The notes below the pieces were generated by a model. The model saw only the letters and a list, made by a program, of their open reading frames with translations, did not search any database and was not told the DNA's origin. A stretch of DNA of 59,587 nt, counting the filler, from Sphacelaria rigidula (taxonomy: Eukaryota), in NCBI GenBank assembly GCA_964200075.2. It is 7 parts of 7 records of this genome, joined end to end, with 100 filler letters (N's around TTAATTAATTAA, not from the genome) between each part and the next. Parts side by side here need not be neighbours in the genome. Positions count along the whole stretch, not along the records: positions 34,109 to 42,535 come from CAXNAA020011173.1; positions 42,636 to 51,061 come from CAXNAA020011174.1; 5 more parts are not named here. One strand, given 5' to 3'. Below are positions 35,850 to 47,599 of the stretch, piece by piece (positions within the stretch are counted from its first letter, which is position 1; each line of letters starts with the position of its first letter). The position numbers and the translations under genes are program-made.

Positions 35850-38800
35850 GCGCTGGAGGCACCAGGACCCGCGTGGTGCACATGGGCTGGTGGTGCCTAG
35901 TGCTGGCTGGAGCTTGAGCTGTATGGGTCCAGGGGTCATCGATGAAGCGCACGAGGTACGTGTCGTGTAACGGTTTGAGATACAACCACCTAGACTACTG
36001 ACCAGTCAGCGGTGACTTGTCAGTAGTCTAGTTGGTTGTCTTTTAAACCGTCACAGTTGGCAGAAACCAGGTTAGGGGAGTGGGTCTGACCCAACCACCA
36101 GATGTTGTCGCTGCCTTTGAAGCAAAGGTAGCTGCCCTTGGGCAGTATTCGCTGGTTTGCGAAGAACTCCCTCTTACAAGTATTCGTGGGTACAAGTTCG
36201 TAACCATCGGCGACGAAGCGTAGTCCCTGATCGCGGTGAATTTCGCGGGCTCCTGCGCCACGACGCAAGTTGCGATGTTTCTTGTTGTGAGCAAGATGCT
36301 CATGTTGAGATTACGTCCAGTACAAGAGGCTTGCACGGCGGTGCAGTTGAAGGTCAGATTCGCGTTCCCAAGACGCTCTCCGGAGACCGTGCCAGTGGGG
36401 CTTATACATAACCGCATCTTTTCCACCTTGACCACGGGTTATCTGGTCGCCGGAGATGGTGGACACGGTCAATCGGAGGGGCTGTTCCGTCACGTCGTCG
36501 GTAGTAACATGGTAGGGAGGGGACTTGGTCGATTAGCTGTCGAGAACATACTGTGTGAGTCCGGCAGGCAGGTACTTCGGTGCGTCGCTTGTATCATGCG
36601 GGTTCGTGCAGGGTTTGCATCTGTGCACGGAAACGACGGGTTGGTGTCGTTGCCCTGGAAGTCGCGAGGCAGGTCGAGATAGAGCAGTTTGTCACCTACG
36701 GGTTTATCATCCGGTGATGATGGCGATGGTCCGACTGTCAGGATCTTGAATGGTCCTGTCCAATTGAGGGACAGTTTTAGTTTTACAATTTTTTTGTTGG
36801 CTGCCTTGCTGGTGCCTTGGCGGATGGTCGACAAACTTTTGTAGATCTAAAACCAATCACTAACTCTCCAGTTGAGGCGTTTGTGCATGAGGTTGTAGAG
36901 AGCAGGGTTAGATTTCTCCAGGCGCGAGGCGTCGAGAGCGTGTTGTTCGCACACGAGGGTAAACGCTTTGCGTTGTCGTGAATGCGCTAGCTCGTGATAG
37001 GATATCTGGTCCTGATCTAATCCTTGGTGGCCGTCGAACGTGTGTCGCTTAAACACGGTGATGAGCAGCCGAAGGTAACATCCAAGATGGAGTTCGTTCG
37101 GAGAGGGCCTGTGGCGGGGTTAACCGAGTTGTTGTAGGGCAACATGATGTGCGAAAGATGTAGGTGCTAGTCATTTTGACGGTTATTGGCAACTATAGAG
37201 AGCATCTGGGCCATGATGTGATTAACTCTTTCGGTACCACCGTTACCGTTCGAGTGGTAGGCGCTCGTGGCAACTTTGCGGATGCCCAGGAGCTTGTAAA
37301 GCTTATCAGAGAGACCTGAGCAAAATTGCTAACCATTGTCTGAAAGGAATCGCTTCGAGCAACCGTAGTGCTTGATGTAGTCGTGGACCAATATGTCGGC
37401 CATTCCAGCTGCAGTGAAATCTGCAGCGGTTACCGTGTACATAGATGCGTGGCGGCTGAAGCGGTCAGTGAAGAGTAAGATGTAGGTGTCGTCGCGACGT
37501 ATGGTCGGTCGAGGGCCAAAGTAGTCAAAGAACACAAGGTGGCCTGGTGCGTTGGGGATTCCTCTAGAGATGACAGTCCAGCGTACTCTCTGTCGTGAAG
37601 TTTTTCGGGCTTGGAATTTAAAGCATCACCGAATCTAGAAGCGGGTGGAAATTTCCATACCAACCGACCCGTACAAGCGTACCAAGAGCGCTAGGGCGCG
37701 GGTGACCCCAAGGTGACATGACAAGTCTGTGCGACAGCCTTTCATGACCCAGGGGCGCATTAATAATGGTACATATATGCGCGTTGGTTCGTCATCGAGT
37801 AGTCGTGCGTGGCGCCCCGTCGTTGAGACGGAAATTGCGCCCGTCAAAGGTGTGGGGCGACGCACGAGTAGTTGTACACCTTTATCCGTAGTAAAAAGGG
37901 TGCCTTTACGCACGAGTTCATATACATCAGAGATATATGGTGGGGGCAGTGTGTCAACCAGGGCCAGAAGTGCGGATGGAATAGGGATTGGACGGTCAAG
38001 TTGCAAGTACCGGATGGCTGCGGTTCCGCGTTTTGGTCGCGAGCCCAATCGCGTTGAGAGTAGCGAGCGAGAAATTCGCATAGTAGACCTTCCGCTGGCG
38101 AGCCGACTAAACATGGTGAGGTAGGCAGCAGGGGAATAGGCGACGAGGCAGAAATGCCGACGTCAATATCTACCCCGGGAGCAGGAGCTAAGTCGTCAGC
38201 TCCATGCTCGGGAGCAGTAGATGTTGGTGGCGCCATTATGGGCGGCGGGGCTGTATCAGTGCGCGACGAAGGTTGTCCGCGGCGCGTGGTGCACGTAGCA
38301 GGAGTTTTCGCGGAGCGTTGCGTGCTGGTCCATGGGACCGGTGCTGCGTGGCTCGTGAAATTTGTAGGTGTCATCGGGGGCGGCGGGGCACTCGGGGTGG
38401 TGCGGGCGGCAGACCGGGAGCGCGTATTGTCAGAGATTAGGTTGGTGACCAAAGGTGTCTCCGTGAAGAGCTTCGCTCGAGTACCGAAAGTGCGGAAATC
38501 GACAAAATCGGAGGTAGTGGGCGCTAACCCACCCAAGACGGCGTCATATGGTAGAGGGCGAGGCTCTCCGATGTGCTTACCGGTTTCTGGGCACTGGAGG
38601 TCGAGGGTTTGAAGGGTCATTGAAAAACGTATGATCGGGTAAACTCCAGGTTCATCGGGTTCCCTTAAACGGCAAGCCGGGCTGGAATCTGCGGCCGTAG
38701 GCGGAAGGGTTAGTCGAGAAAGGAGGTCGGCGTTCCCGTTGCTTTTGGCTGGACGGTGCCTAATGGTATTCTGGTATGCTGTTAGAAACTCCAACCATCG

Positions 38801-40010
38801 TTGTAGACGCGGGTTGTGTTCGCCAACCTTGGCGAGTTGTTCGAGTGCTCCATAGTCCATATAAATCTGAAAGGGCAGGTGAAACAGATATTGTCGAAGG
38901 CGCTTAATGGCCGCATGATTACTCCGCCTTCCAGTTCTAGCGGGCTCCAATTGGCCTCGTTGGGCAGGGTAGCGCGGCTGACATAGAGGAGAGATCGGAT
39001 GGAGCCATCAACCTGAGGTTGATTCAAAACTCCTGGAAATCTGTTTGTGCTGGCGTCAGTGTGGAGTTGGGAAAGACAAGAGCCATCTTGTACTGACTCC
39101 CAATCAGGAAAACAAAGTACCGGCTTCTCGGCACGCGTCTTTAGCCATTCGCGGGTGATATTCTCCATATCGGTTGTGAAGGTAAACACGGCTCATTTCT
39201 TGAGTAGCTCAGTGAGGAGGCGAATCCGTTTAGATAAGTTCCGCAAAAGTTTGCGGTAGAAGGATAGTTCGCCCAACAATGAGCGAAGTTGAGAAATGTT
39301 AGTTGGCATCGGCAAGTCAGCCATCACCTTGACTTTGTTTGTATACGGATGTAGTCCTGCTGGCGAAATGGAATGTCCCAGGAAATGCAAGTCAGTTGCA
39401 CCAAGGCGAGCTTTGGATGGAGACAGATTCAAATCGTGTGTGCGTAGGCGACAGAGAAATTCTCATAGAGTGCGCATATGTGCAATCGGTGAGGCATCGA
39501 AAGCGATAGCGTCATCAAGGTACATGATGATGTGCTCGAGGCCCTCGGTAACGCGTTGTATTAAGCATTGCAAGCATCCCGGGGCAGTGGCAGCGTCTTG
39601 TGGCATTCGAAGCCACTCGTAGAGTCTGGACGAGGTACAAAAGGCCGTCAGTGGGACTGCGTCAGGGTGAAAAGCATTCTGAAAAAATCCAGAAGCGAGG
39701 TCGAAGGTGTGGAATATTTTTCCTTTGCCCAAGGAGTCTAAAACGTCATCAATGCGGGGAATTGGAAGTTTACCAACCACGGTGACACGATTCAACCATT
39801 ACGGGTGATTCACGGTAATGTGTATGTTTCCATCATTTTGGGGAACGACCACAAGTGGCGAGGTGCAAGGCGAGGAGGAATGTTGAATTAATCCCGCTCC
39901 CGAATATGCATCGAAGATAGCGCTAATCTTCTTGGTAAGGATTGGGTTTGTCCGGTATGGTCGGAAAGAGATCGGCGAGACGCCGGGTTGGAGGGTAACC
40001 CCAAACAGTA
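35850..40010 (-). mobile_element. pol: Decayed Ty3/Gypsy pol (RT, RNase H, integrase, GPF module, C-terminal extension); no gag or LTR pair seen
   Basis: RT LPIPRIDDVLDSLGKGKIFHTFDLASGFFQ...MPQ...YLDD. RNase H LHTDAS...NEANWSPLELE. Integrase FFDYFGP...TDRFSR...SDNG, then NWTGPFKI. Many stops and frameshifts. Confidence 0.92.
35966..36055. mobile_element. 90-bp fully hairpin MITE with TGT...ACA termini and a 4-bp TSD (Ginger-like)
   Basis: GTCG|TGTAACGGTTTGAGATACAACCACCTAGACTACTGACCAGTCA-GCGG-TGACTTGTCAGTAGTCTAGTTGGTTGTCTTTTAAACCGTCACA|GTTG. Excision restores the host frame VSADTYLVRF. Confidence 0.8.
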
Positions 40011-40610
40011 GCGTGTTGCAGTGCCAAAGATCCGTGTTGAATCGGGAAATCGGTCTTGGTACTGTGGCACGGCATCACTGGATTCTCGGATGTCTCGCCT
40101 CAGTCCACCACATGCTCTGTGGTTACGACAGCACAGGCGCAAACAACTAGCGTGTTCGACAAGAGCACCTACTGTACACGTAGTCGTGGCAGAACACATA
40201 ATACACTATTCGATCGCTAGTTCACCAACACATGCTACTCTGCACGTGATGAGGGCGGAACACACCTACTATTAGGACGATCATTGAGAGAAGGGTGCTA
40301 TTCTACACATAGTGGAGGAGAGTCACACACATTTTCCCCACTTGGGCTTGGCTCTAGCGAAGGCAACAAACCCGGCCATCGAACCTCGTTTCATTGATGA
40401 ACCTCATTTTATAGAATCCTCTGTTCCCTGTCAACTCAACCCGTGAGTCATTCAATATTGAGCGCAGAGACGATTCTTGCTCCGGAGTGTGGAGCGGACG
40501 CCTAGTATCTCCCGATCCCCAAACTTCGGGATCGAATGTTCACTTGGATGAGTGGTAGCGCACGCAACACTATTGAAACTATCGACTACGAAAAATTACA
40601 AAAATCCATT

Positions 40611-41082
40611 ATAAACACCACATTCGTGAGATTCAGAGCGTAATATCGGATTCAGAGTGGATGCCCTAGCATTCCTTACATGCAACTTTTTGTTTTTTTG
40701 CTTGAGCGCACGTCCTGTGCATGCAGCTACCGTAACAGTACCCCATTCGAGGAATTCGGCGGTCTGGTTGGTGAGATACCGCACAAAGCATTTTTACGCC
40801 TGGGGGGGCATTTCGGAACTGAAACTGTTTCAGGCACTAGACTAATCGATTCTTCCTTAAGTAGGGGATCTTTTGTTGCAATGGACTGACTACGTCGTTG
40901 CGATCAAGTGATGTGTCAAACTGATCGTGTAGGTGACAGCTTTCGTTGAAGCCACCGCTTCACCAGCTGGGCGCATTACTCCTCAAACTGTGGCGATGTC
41001 AAAATCGACGGGAAGGACAATTGTTTCGGGTCTCACTCTGAATCCGATGTTACACTCTGAATCTCACGAATATCGTGTTTAT
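40611..41082. mobile_element. Element bounded by roughly 50-bp inverted repeats
   Basis: ATAAACACCACATTCGTGAGATTCAGAGCGTAATATCGGATTCAGAGTG versus CACTCTGAATCCGATGTTACACTCTGAATCTCACGAATATCGTGTTTAT. TSD not resolved. Confidence 0.65.
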
Positions 41083-43669
41083 TATACTTCAGCTGCAAAC
41101 TACGAAAGCCCTCTTTTCGGGCGTAAAACGATGGAGAAGGGCCAAAGAGGCAGTTTGCAACAAGATATTTTTTACACATGAGAATTGGTCTTGGACCATG
41201 AAATTATGCACACACGTACACTAAGTCGTTATAAACCTTTCGATAACGAGTTTTTTCGGTTCCAAGATTATTCACCGGTTTTCGGGGTCCCAAGATGTCC
41301 GAGATCCCCGAGAATATCCCCGAGAACCCTGGGACCCCCGAAAAGGGGTAGAATATCACAAGTGGAAAAAAAAGTCGTGTATCGAAAGATTTGTGGTGTA
41401 CCATAGCACACTAGTGACAAATTCAGGGTCTAACTCCTGAAAATGGCATGAAGTTTTGTAGATTACTATTTGTAGGGTGACAACCGTGAACCACCCGGTG
41501 CAGACAAGTCTATTTTCCATGCACTGCAGTCAGTGTAATGGTTATATCAGAGTAGTACGGTGTTTGATGCCATAGTCTTGCGTGAGCGATGTCCAATTCA
41601 TACACGATTCACCTTAACACATATCTCTTGTGCTTTGTTGCAAGTCACAGTCGGCGCTGTGCACTTGCTGAGACCTTCTCTCGTGCCGTCGTTGCTGCAC
41701 GAGAAACTGACTAGCTGTCGCTGTCAGAGTAGCCTAGACTCAATACAGTGGACTCTACCTTGGGTGATCAGTCGGGTCAGGGTGGCTACTGTAAGGTCTA
41801 AATACCCTAATGTTTCATACTCTACACGGTGTTGGGTGTGAGTGGCCAGGTATAGTCGTTGCTGCCCTGTGTACCCGCCACGCCGGAGGCTTGACCAACA
41901 GACCCAACCTCTACACAAAACGAGCCCTACACTACACTACTGTACACTGTACCATACCGTATTCCGTGGCCCGTGGCGAAGGATAGATAGTTTTATCTTT
42001 TGTATTATTTGGAGAGTGCCTAGATTGAGTCGACCCTATGACTGAGGGATCAGATGTCGAGTGAGCTCAGCAGGTAGCGTCGTAGCTGCCGTGAGCGGGG
42101 TGCTGTAGTCACACACACTGGACTACCAGTACCCGCACGTCCGCATTAATCTATCCGCACATGTGCATGTTCACTCAGTGTACCTGTTTACATGAACATC
42201 CCCTCTGAACCGGTACATAAGTCGTTGTGGCTTTCTCTCTCAAAAATGAAAAAACGTTTCAAGGGGGAAACCCGTTTATCCGGGCAAAAACCCCCTTCCC
42301 TCAACAAACAGCCGATCCTAATTTTTGGGGTTGAAACATAAAATGAGGTTGAAGTCCCATTTCTCTATTGCAGGGAAGATACGAAAGAGTAACACAGAGC
42401 GAAGGTATCTTCCCCCCCAAAACTCCGCGGGAGGGCTTAACCGTCAGACCGCGAGAGTAGGTCACCTGCTGAATCGGCATCAATATTCACTTGGGAAAAG
42501 TACACGTGGTCCAGATCGACTATACCAACACCGCGNNNNNNNNNNNNNNNNNNNNNNNNNNNNNNNNNNNNNNNNNNNNTTAATTAATTAANNNNNNNNN
42601 NNNNNNNNNNNNNNNNNNNNNNNNNNNNNNNNNNNCTCGTACAGGTCATGATTTATGCCCCAAATGAGCTGACCCGGATCTGTCACGACCTGATCCGTCC
42701 GACGTGTGAAACCTTGCTTATATCCCCGACCAGAGGGAGTATCGATTAAGTGATATTTTCTACACATGGTTCGTGTTGGTAGACTATGGGACACGGGTTT
42801 TTCTGAAGTATGTGCATGTGTGAGCGAGGTGTACCCTACCCTCTACTATCTTCCCACGCCTTCCCAGGGGCTTCAGATGAAGCACAGATGTGGACATACA
42901 CACGTATCTAACGTGTGGAATCTCTCCTCAACGAAAGCTGTTGAGAGCTATTCATCCTTCAGCCCATGTACATACGGATTGGGGGCGAAAGGATGAATAC
43001 GTTTCAGCAACTTTTTCTGCGTGTCGGATCCCATGCGCTGGTGACGATGCAGTATGCGGGATTTGCCCAGCAGCTGACGCTGTTCGCAATAAATATCTTC
43101 TCCCCCAATCTCTGGATGAATCGGAGGGAGAAGTATATATTTATTTCGAGCTTCTTCTGCTGTTCAACTTCCAAATCTGCCAGTGTGCATGGGATATAGG
43201 CAGCAAACGAAGCTGTTCGATATAGATCCTTTTTTCGCTCATTTCTAAAATGGGCGAGAAAACGGATCGATTTTGAACAGCTTCTTCTGCTGTTCGAAAC
43301 AAATCCTTTTTCCTGCCGAAATAAATTGGGCGAAAAAAGGATCTGTTTTGAATAGCTTATCCTGCTGTCCAAATAAATTCTTCTTCGCTCGATTCAAATC
43401 GGGTGAAGAGAAATTTACCCCGGACAGAAGGACAAGCTATTTATTGAAATTATATAAATTCACAGATTTTGTACCAAAATGTTTGGAATTAAAAAAAAAA
43501 AACGTCGGGTTTTTTTACCAATACACTACCATAGGACTGTGCAGGGCTTTGCCGACGTGCTTACACAAGGCTGCAAATCCAACCATGGGGAAAACCCTAT
43601 CAAAACGCTACGAGGGGTACAGATTTGGCTTTTCACTGTCAGGGTTTTTTCTGTTCGACAAAAAGAAAT

Positions 43670-44060
43670 GGGCGACCTATAATATAAGAAAAAAGGACAA
43701 GAAGAGGAAAGTACAGAGCAAATAAACAAAATACAATAAAACGATGGGAAAAATAAAAATAAAAAAGGGGAAGAAAAACGAAAGAAAAGGCCCAAGGGAT
43801 TCAGGGCAACAGAGTAGGTACAGACACACAACAGTGGGCACCGCAGAGCCACCGACTAAGGATATAACCAACAACCGATATGAGCAAAGAGGATTCTCCG
43901 ATTGGCAGCCCTCGACGACGCAGCAGCCTCTCGCTTGTGACGGCGGTCTGGTTCTCGCCTGTCCGCGCGTCGCCACGTGTCCTCGAGCTCTTCCGCTCCC
44001 TTCTCGATTCCAATATGCCATTTGCCCAGGTCCTTCGCCGCAGTGATCCACAAACGTGAA
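43670..44060 (-). mobile_element. 5'-truncated LINE (RTE-like ORF C-terminus plus 3' UTR) inserted in the macro-repeat
   Basis: WITAAKDLGKWHIGIEKGAEELEDTWRRAD resembles the W..AA.D...W C-terminal motif of RTE-clade ORFs and is followed by a T-rich UTR. It is absent from the other repeat units. Confidence 0.6.
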
Positions 44061-44862
44061 TAGATAGAACCCTGTGAGGCATGTCTACAGGGTTCAGGGA
44101 AACTGTGTAGTGTTTCTCACGGGGATTAGGCTATAGGGTTTTTTTCGCGCCGCACCGTACGCTTCACAGGGTTTCGTCACCCCGAATACTATTCATTGTT
44201 GTTTATATGCTGTACAGTGTCTACAGCGCACAAACAATATGTTCATTGTTAATACGCTGTACAGTGTTTACAGCGCGCATGCAATATACTCCACCATACA
44301 GCATGGGTATGGTACTGGCAGAAAAAATCGGTCGGAAAATAGCAGTGGTAGATATTGAACCCCAGTACAAGTACTTGGGAGCTTGACAAGGTACCTATTG
44401 AAGTACCCTATTCTATATTTACACACGGTTAATGTTTGTGCTTCTAATCAATATCAAATAAAAAACTGCATAAACAAAAACATGATTGATCAAGTGAGTT
44501 TTCCCAAACATGGTTTGTGTTGGTAGACACTGGACCACGGGGTTTTCATGAACTATGTGCATTGATATGCGAGGTGTAAACCGAAAATACAGTATCTCCA
44601 CCACGCCTGCAGCGGAAGCGTCGCTTCGAAGCACACGCGTGTGGATGTACACACCTAATCAGTGTGTGGGATCTCTATTCAGCAAAAGCTGTTGACAATT
44701 CATCCTTTAGCCCAATTGGTACATTAACTGGGGGGCAAGAGGATGAATTACGTTTAACAATTGTTTCTGCGTCTCGGATCCCATACGCTCGTAACGGTGC
44801 AGTATGCGAGATATGCCCGGCTGACGCTGTTCGCAATATATCTCTTTTTGCTCAATGTCCGG

Positions 44863-45114
44863 GACACTTTCTACGATAGCCCCCCCCCCCCCCAAACCAA
44901 CTATAAGTGTCACGAAACAAATGGCCATACAGCGCCTGATGTTCGGGTTCAGCCTGCGTGAGGCGCCTGATATTAGCGACATTGGCTAAAACGAACCCAA
45001 GCGTGAGAATTCCCAGCTTCTCGTTGTGCTCGGCCTTTCCCATTTCGATTTACGTGAAGATTTTGACTCCCAAAATCATGCACTTTTTGGGGAGGGGCTA
45101 TCGTATAAAGTGTC
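44863..45114. mobile_element. Second copy of the GACAC-TIR MITE, TSD CCGG
   Basis: CCGG|GACACTTTCTACGATAGCCCC ... GGGGCTATCGTATAAAGTGTC|CCGG. It is absent at the equivalent sites of the other macro-repeat copies. Confidence 0.88.
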
Positions 45115-47599
45115 CCGGATGAAATGGAGGGCAAAGTGAAGATTTATTTCGAGCTTCTGTTGTTCAAATTTCAAACCAGCCAGTGTGCATGGGATTTGTG
45201 CAGCAGAAAAAGCTGTTTGAAATCAACGTTTTTTTTGCCCAATACAAATGAGCGAGAAAAGGATCTGTTTTGAATAGGTTTTTCTGCTGGTCGAAATGAA
45301 ACCTTGTTTTGCTCAAATAAATTGGGGGAGAAAAGGATCTGTTTTTAATAGCTTTTCCTGCCGTCCGAGATAAATTCCTTTTTGGCCGATTTAAATCGGG
45401 CAAAAAGAGTTTTTTTCTCGGGCGGCAGGATAAGCTGTTTTAAATAAATAAATTGACAGATTTTGTACCAAAATAATTTGGAAACTTCAAAATTGGGAGG
45501 GCCTCTTCACAGGGTTGCTTGCAGGGTTTCGACAAAAACGCCACGGCAGGTACAGATTTGCGTGTTCACTGTCAGGGTTTATTTCACAAAGACTGTGGAG
45601 GACCCTTCACGGACCCTGGACAGTGCGCCTCACAGGGTGCTATTTGTCCATGGGTGCAACCGTATGAATCGTTAACGTCTACACCGTAGACGAGCCACTT
45701 TCGTCGGGATTTGTGCGGGACAGCCCCTAGCGCACGTGGCACAGGTGGACATTCGGCTCCGTCTGCTGGGGCGGAGGATCAATACCCCGTCAAGGTTGAT
45801 TTTTTGTATGACCTCGTCATAGTCTACCACCAACGAAGGTATCCAAAATTTCGGACCCTGCACAGGGTCAACAATTGTGCAGGGAGACGGATGTTGTGGA
45901 CCGTGTGCAAGGATGGCCCCTGCACAGGATAAGACCATCTGCAGAGGGGAAATACTTTATCAACGCTGTGCGAGGATGTACCCTTTCCGGGTATGGGCAA
46001 TTGTACCCTGCCGAGGTTGCGATTTTCACAAGACCCCGATAAAGCATGCCATCTACCGATGTATCCGACAATCCGCACCGTGGATAACGTCGAACGTTTT
46101 GCTGGATAAAATATACACAGGAATAATCGTGATAAAGGATGAACCCTGTTATGGATACCCCAAAAGTCTGGCCACGTGCAAGGTCGAGTCCTCTCCTCCG
46201 TAACAACCACGGGTGCCATTCACAACGCTAGAAATGCACAGTCCCTGTTTGGCGGACCATGAGCAAGGTCAGACCCGGATATGGTAACCGCTGCTGAGAC
46301 GTGCCGCCTCATGCAATACGATTGGGCCGTAGTCGCTCATATATTCATATCTAATCATATCCGAAACCACATACACACGTGGACAAATAGCACCCTGTGG
46401 GGCACGTCTACAGGGTTCAGGGGAACTGTGCAGTGTTTCTCGCGGGGATCTGGCTGTAGGTGTTCTTTTTGCGCCCAACAGGACGCTTCACAGGGATCGG
46501 GAAACTTGCGCAGGGTTTCTCGCGGGGATTTGACTGTAGGGTATTATTTTGTGCCACACAGGGCGCTTCATAGGGTTTCGTCACTTCGTGTAGAATTCAT
46601 CGCTGTTAATATGCTGTACAACCTTTACAGCACGCAAAACAATATACTCCATACAGCATGGGCATGGTACTGGCGGAAGAAAACGTACAGGAAGTGGCAG
46701 GGGTGAGGCCTGAACTGTAGTTTTTGCGCTTGGGAGTGCGTCAAATTACACATTGAGCTACCTGAGTTATTGGTGCGGGCCGACTTATTGTGTGCTTCTA
46801 ATAACTTTCAAGCAAAAGCCTCTTTAGACAAAAACATACTCGGTTGAGCGCTTTTGGTAGACTGCGGACCCCGGGGTTTTCGAAAGCAATGTGGCGTGAT
46901 ATGCGAGATATATCCCGTCATCCCAGTATCCACGTCTTGAGCGGAAGCGTCGTATCTAAACTCGTAGACGTGTGGACATACACTCGATCGTAATCAGTGT
47001 GTCAGATCTTCATTCAGCAGAAGCTGTTTAGAATTGTTCATCCTTTAGCCCACGTGCATGAACCGGGGGGCAAAAGGATGAATGTTTTTCAACATCGTTT
47101 TCCGCTTGTCGGATCCCATATGCTGATAACGGTGCAGTATGCGGGATATGCCCAGCAATGACGCTGTTCGCAATAAATCTCTTTCTGCCCAGTTTCCGCA
47201 TGAGCTGGAGGGCAAAGTAAAGATTTATTCCGAGCTTCTTCTGCTGTTCAAACTCCAAATCTGCCGGTGTGTATGGGATTTGCGCAGCAGAAGAAGCTGT
47301 TCGAAGTAGATCCTTTTTTCGTCCATTTATATAAGGCGAAACAAGGATATATTTCGAACAGCTTCCTCTGCTGTTCGAAATAGATCCTTTCTTTGCCCAA
47401 ATAAATTGGGCCAAAACAATATCTGTTTTGAATAGCTTCTCCTGCTGTCCGAGATAATTTACAGATTTTGTGCCAAAATAATTTGGGATTCTCCATATCG
47501 GGAAGGCCTCTCCACAGGGTTGCTTGCAGGGTTTCGACACAAACGCTATGCAAAATGCTATTGCAGGTACCAGGGTTTGTAAATGCTACACTGGGGTTT

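Larger units (their letters stand above)
42745..47545. repeat. Diverged tandem macro-repeat, about 3 copies, period about 1.75-2.3 kb, with internal 50-60-bp subrepeats
   Basis: Anchor TGACGCTGTTCGCAAT at about 43074, 44822 and 47159. A second block ACCCTGTG.GGCA.GTCTACAGGGTTCAGGG at about 44069 and 46392. Subrepeat GGATCTGTTTTGAATAGCTT..CTGCTG. Confidence 0.85.

Noticed and set aside
43004..43372. Repeat-protein ORFs (EQQKKLF-like) in the macro-repeat
   Set aside because: The frames are not conserved between units and the subrepeat lengths break frame.
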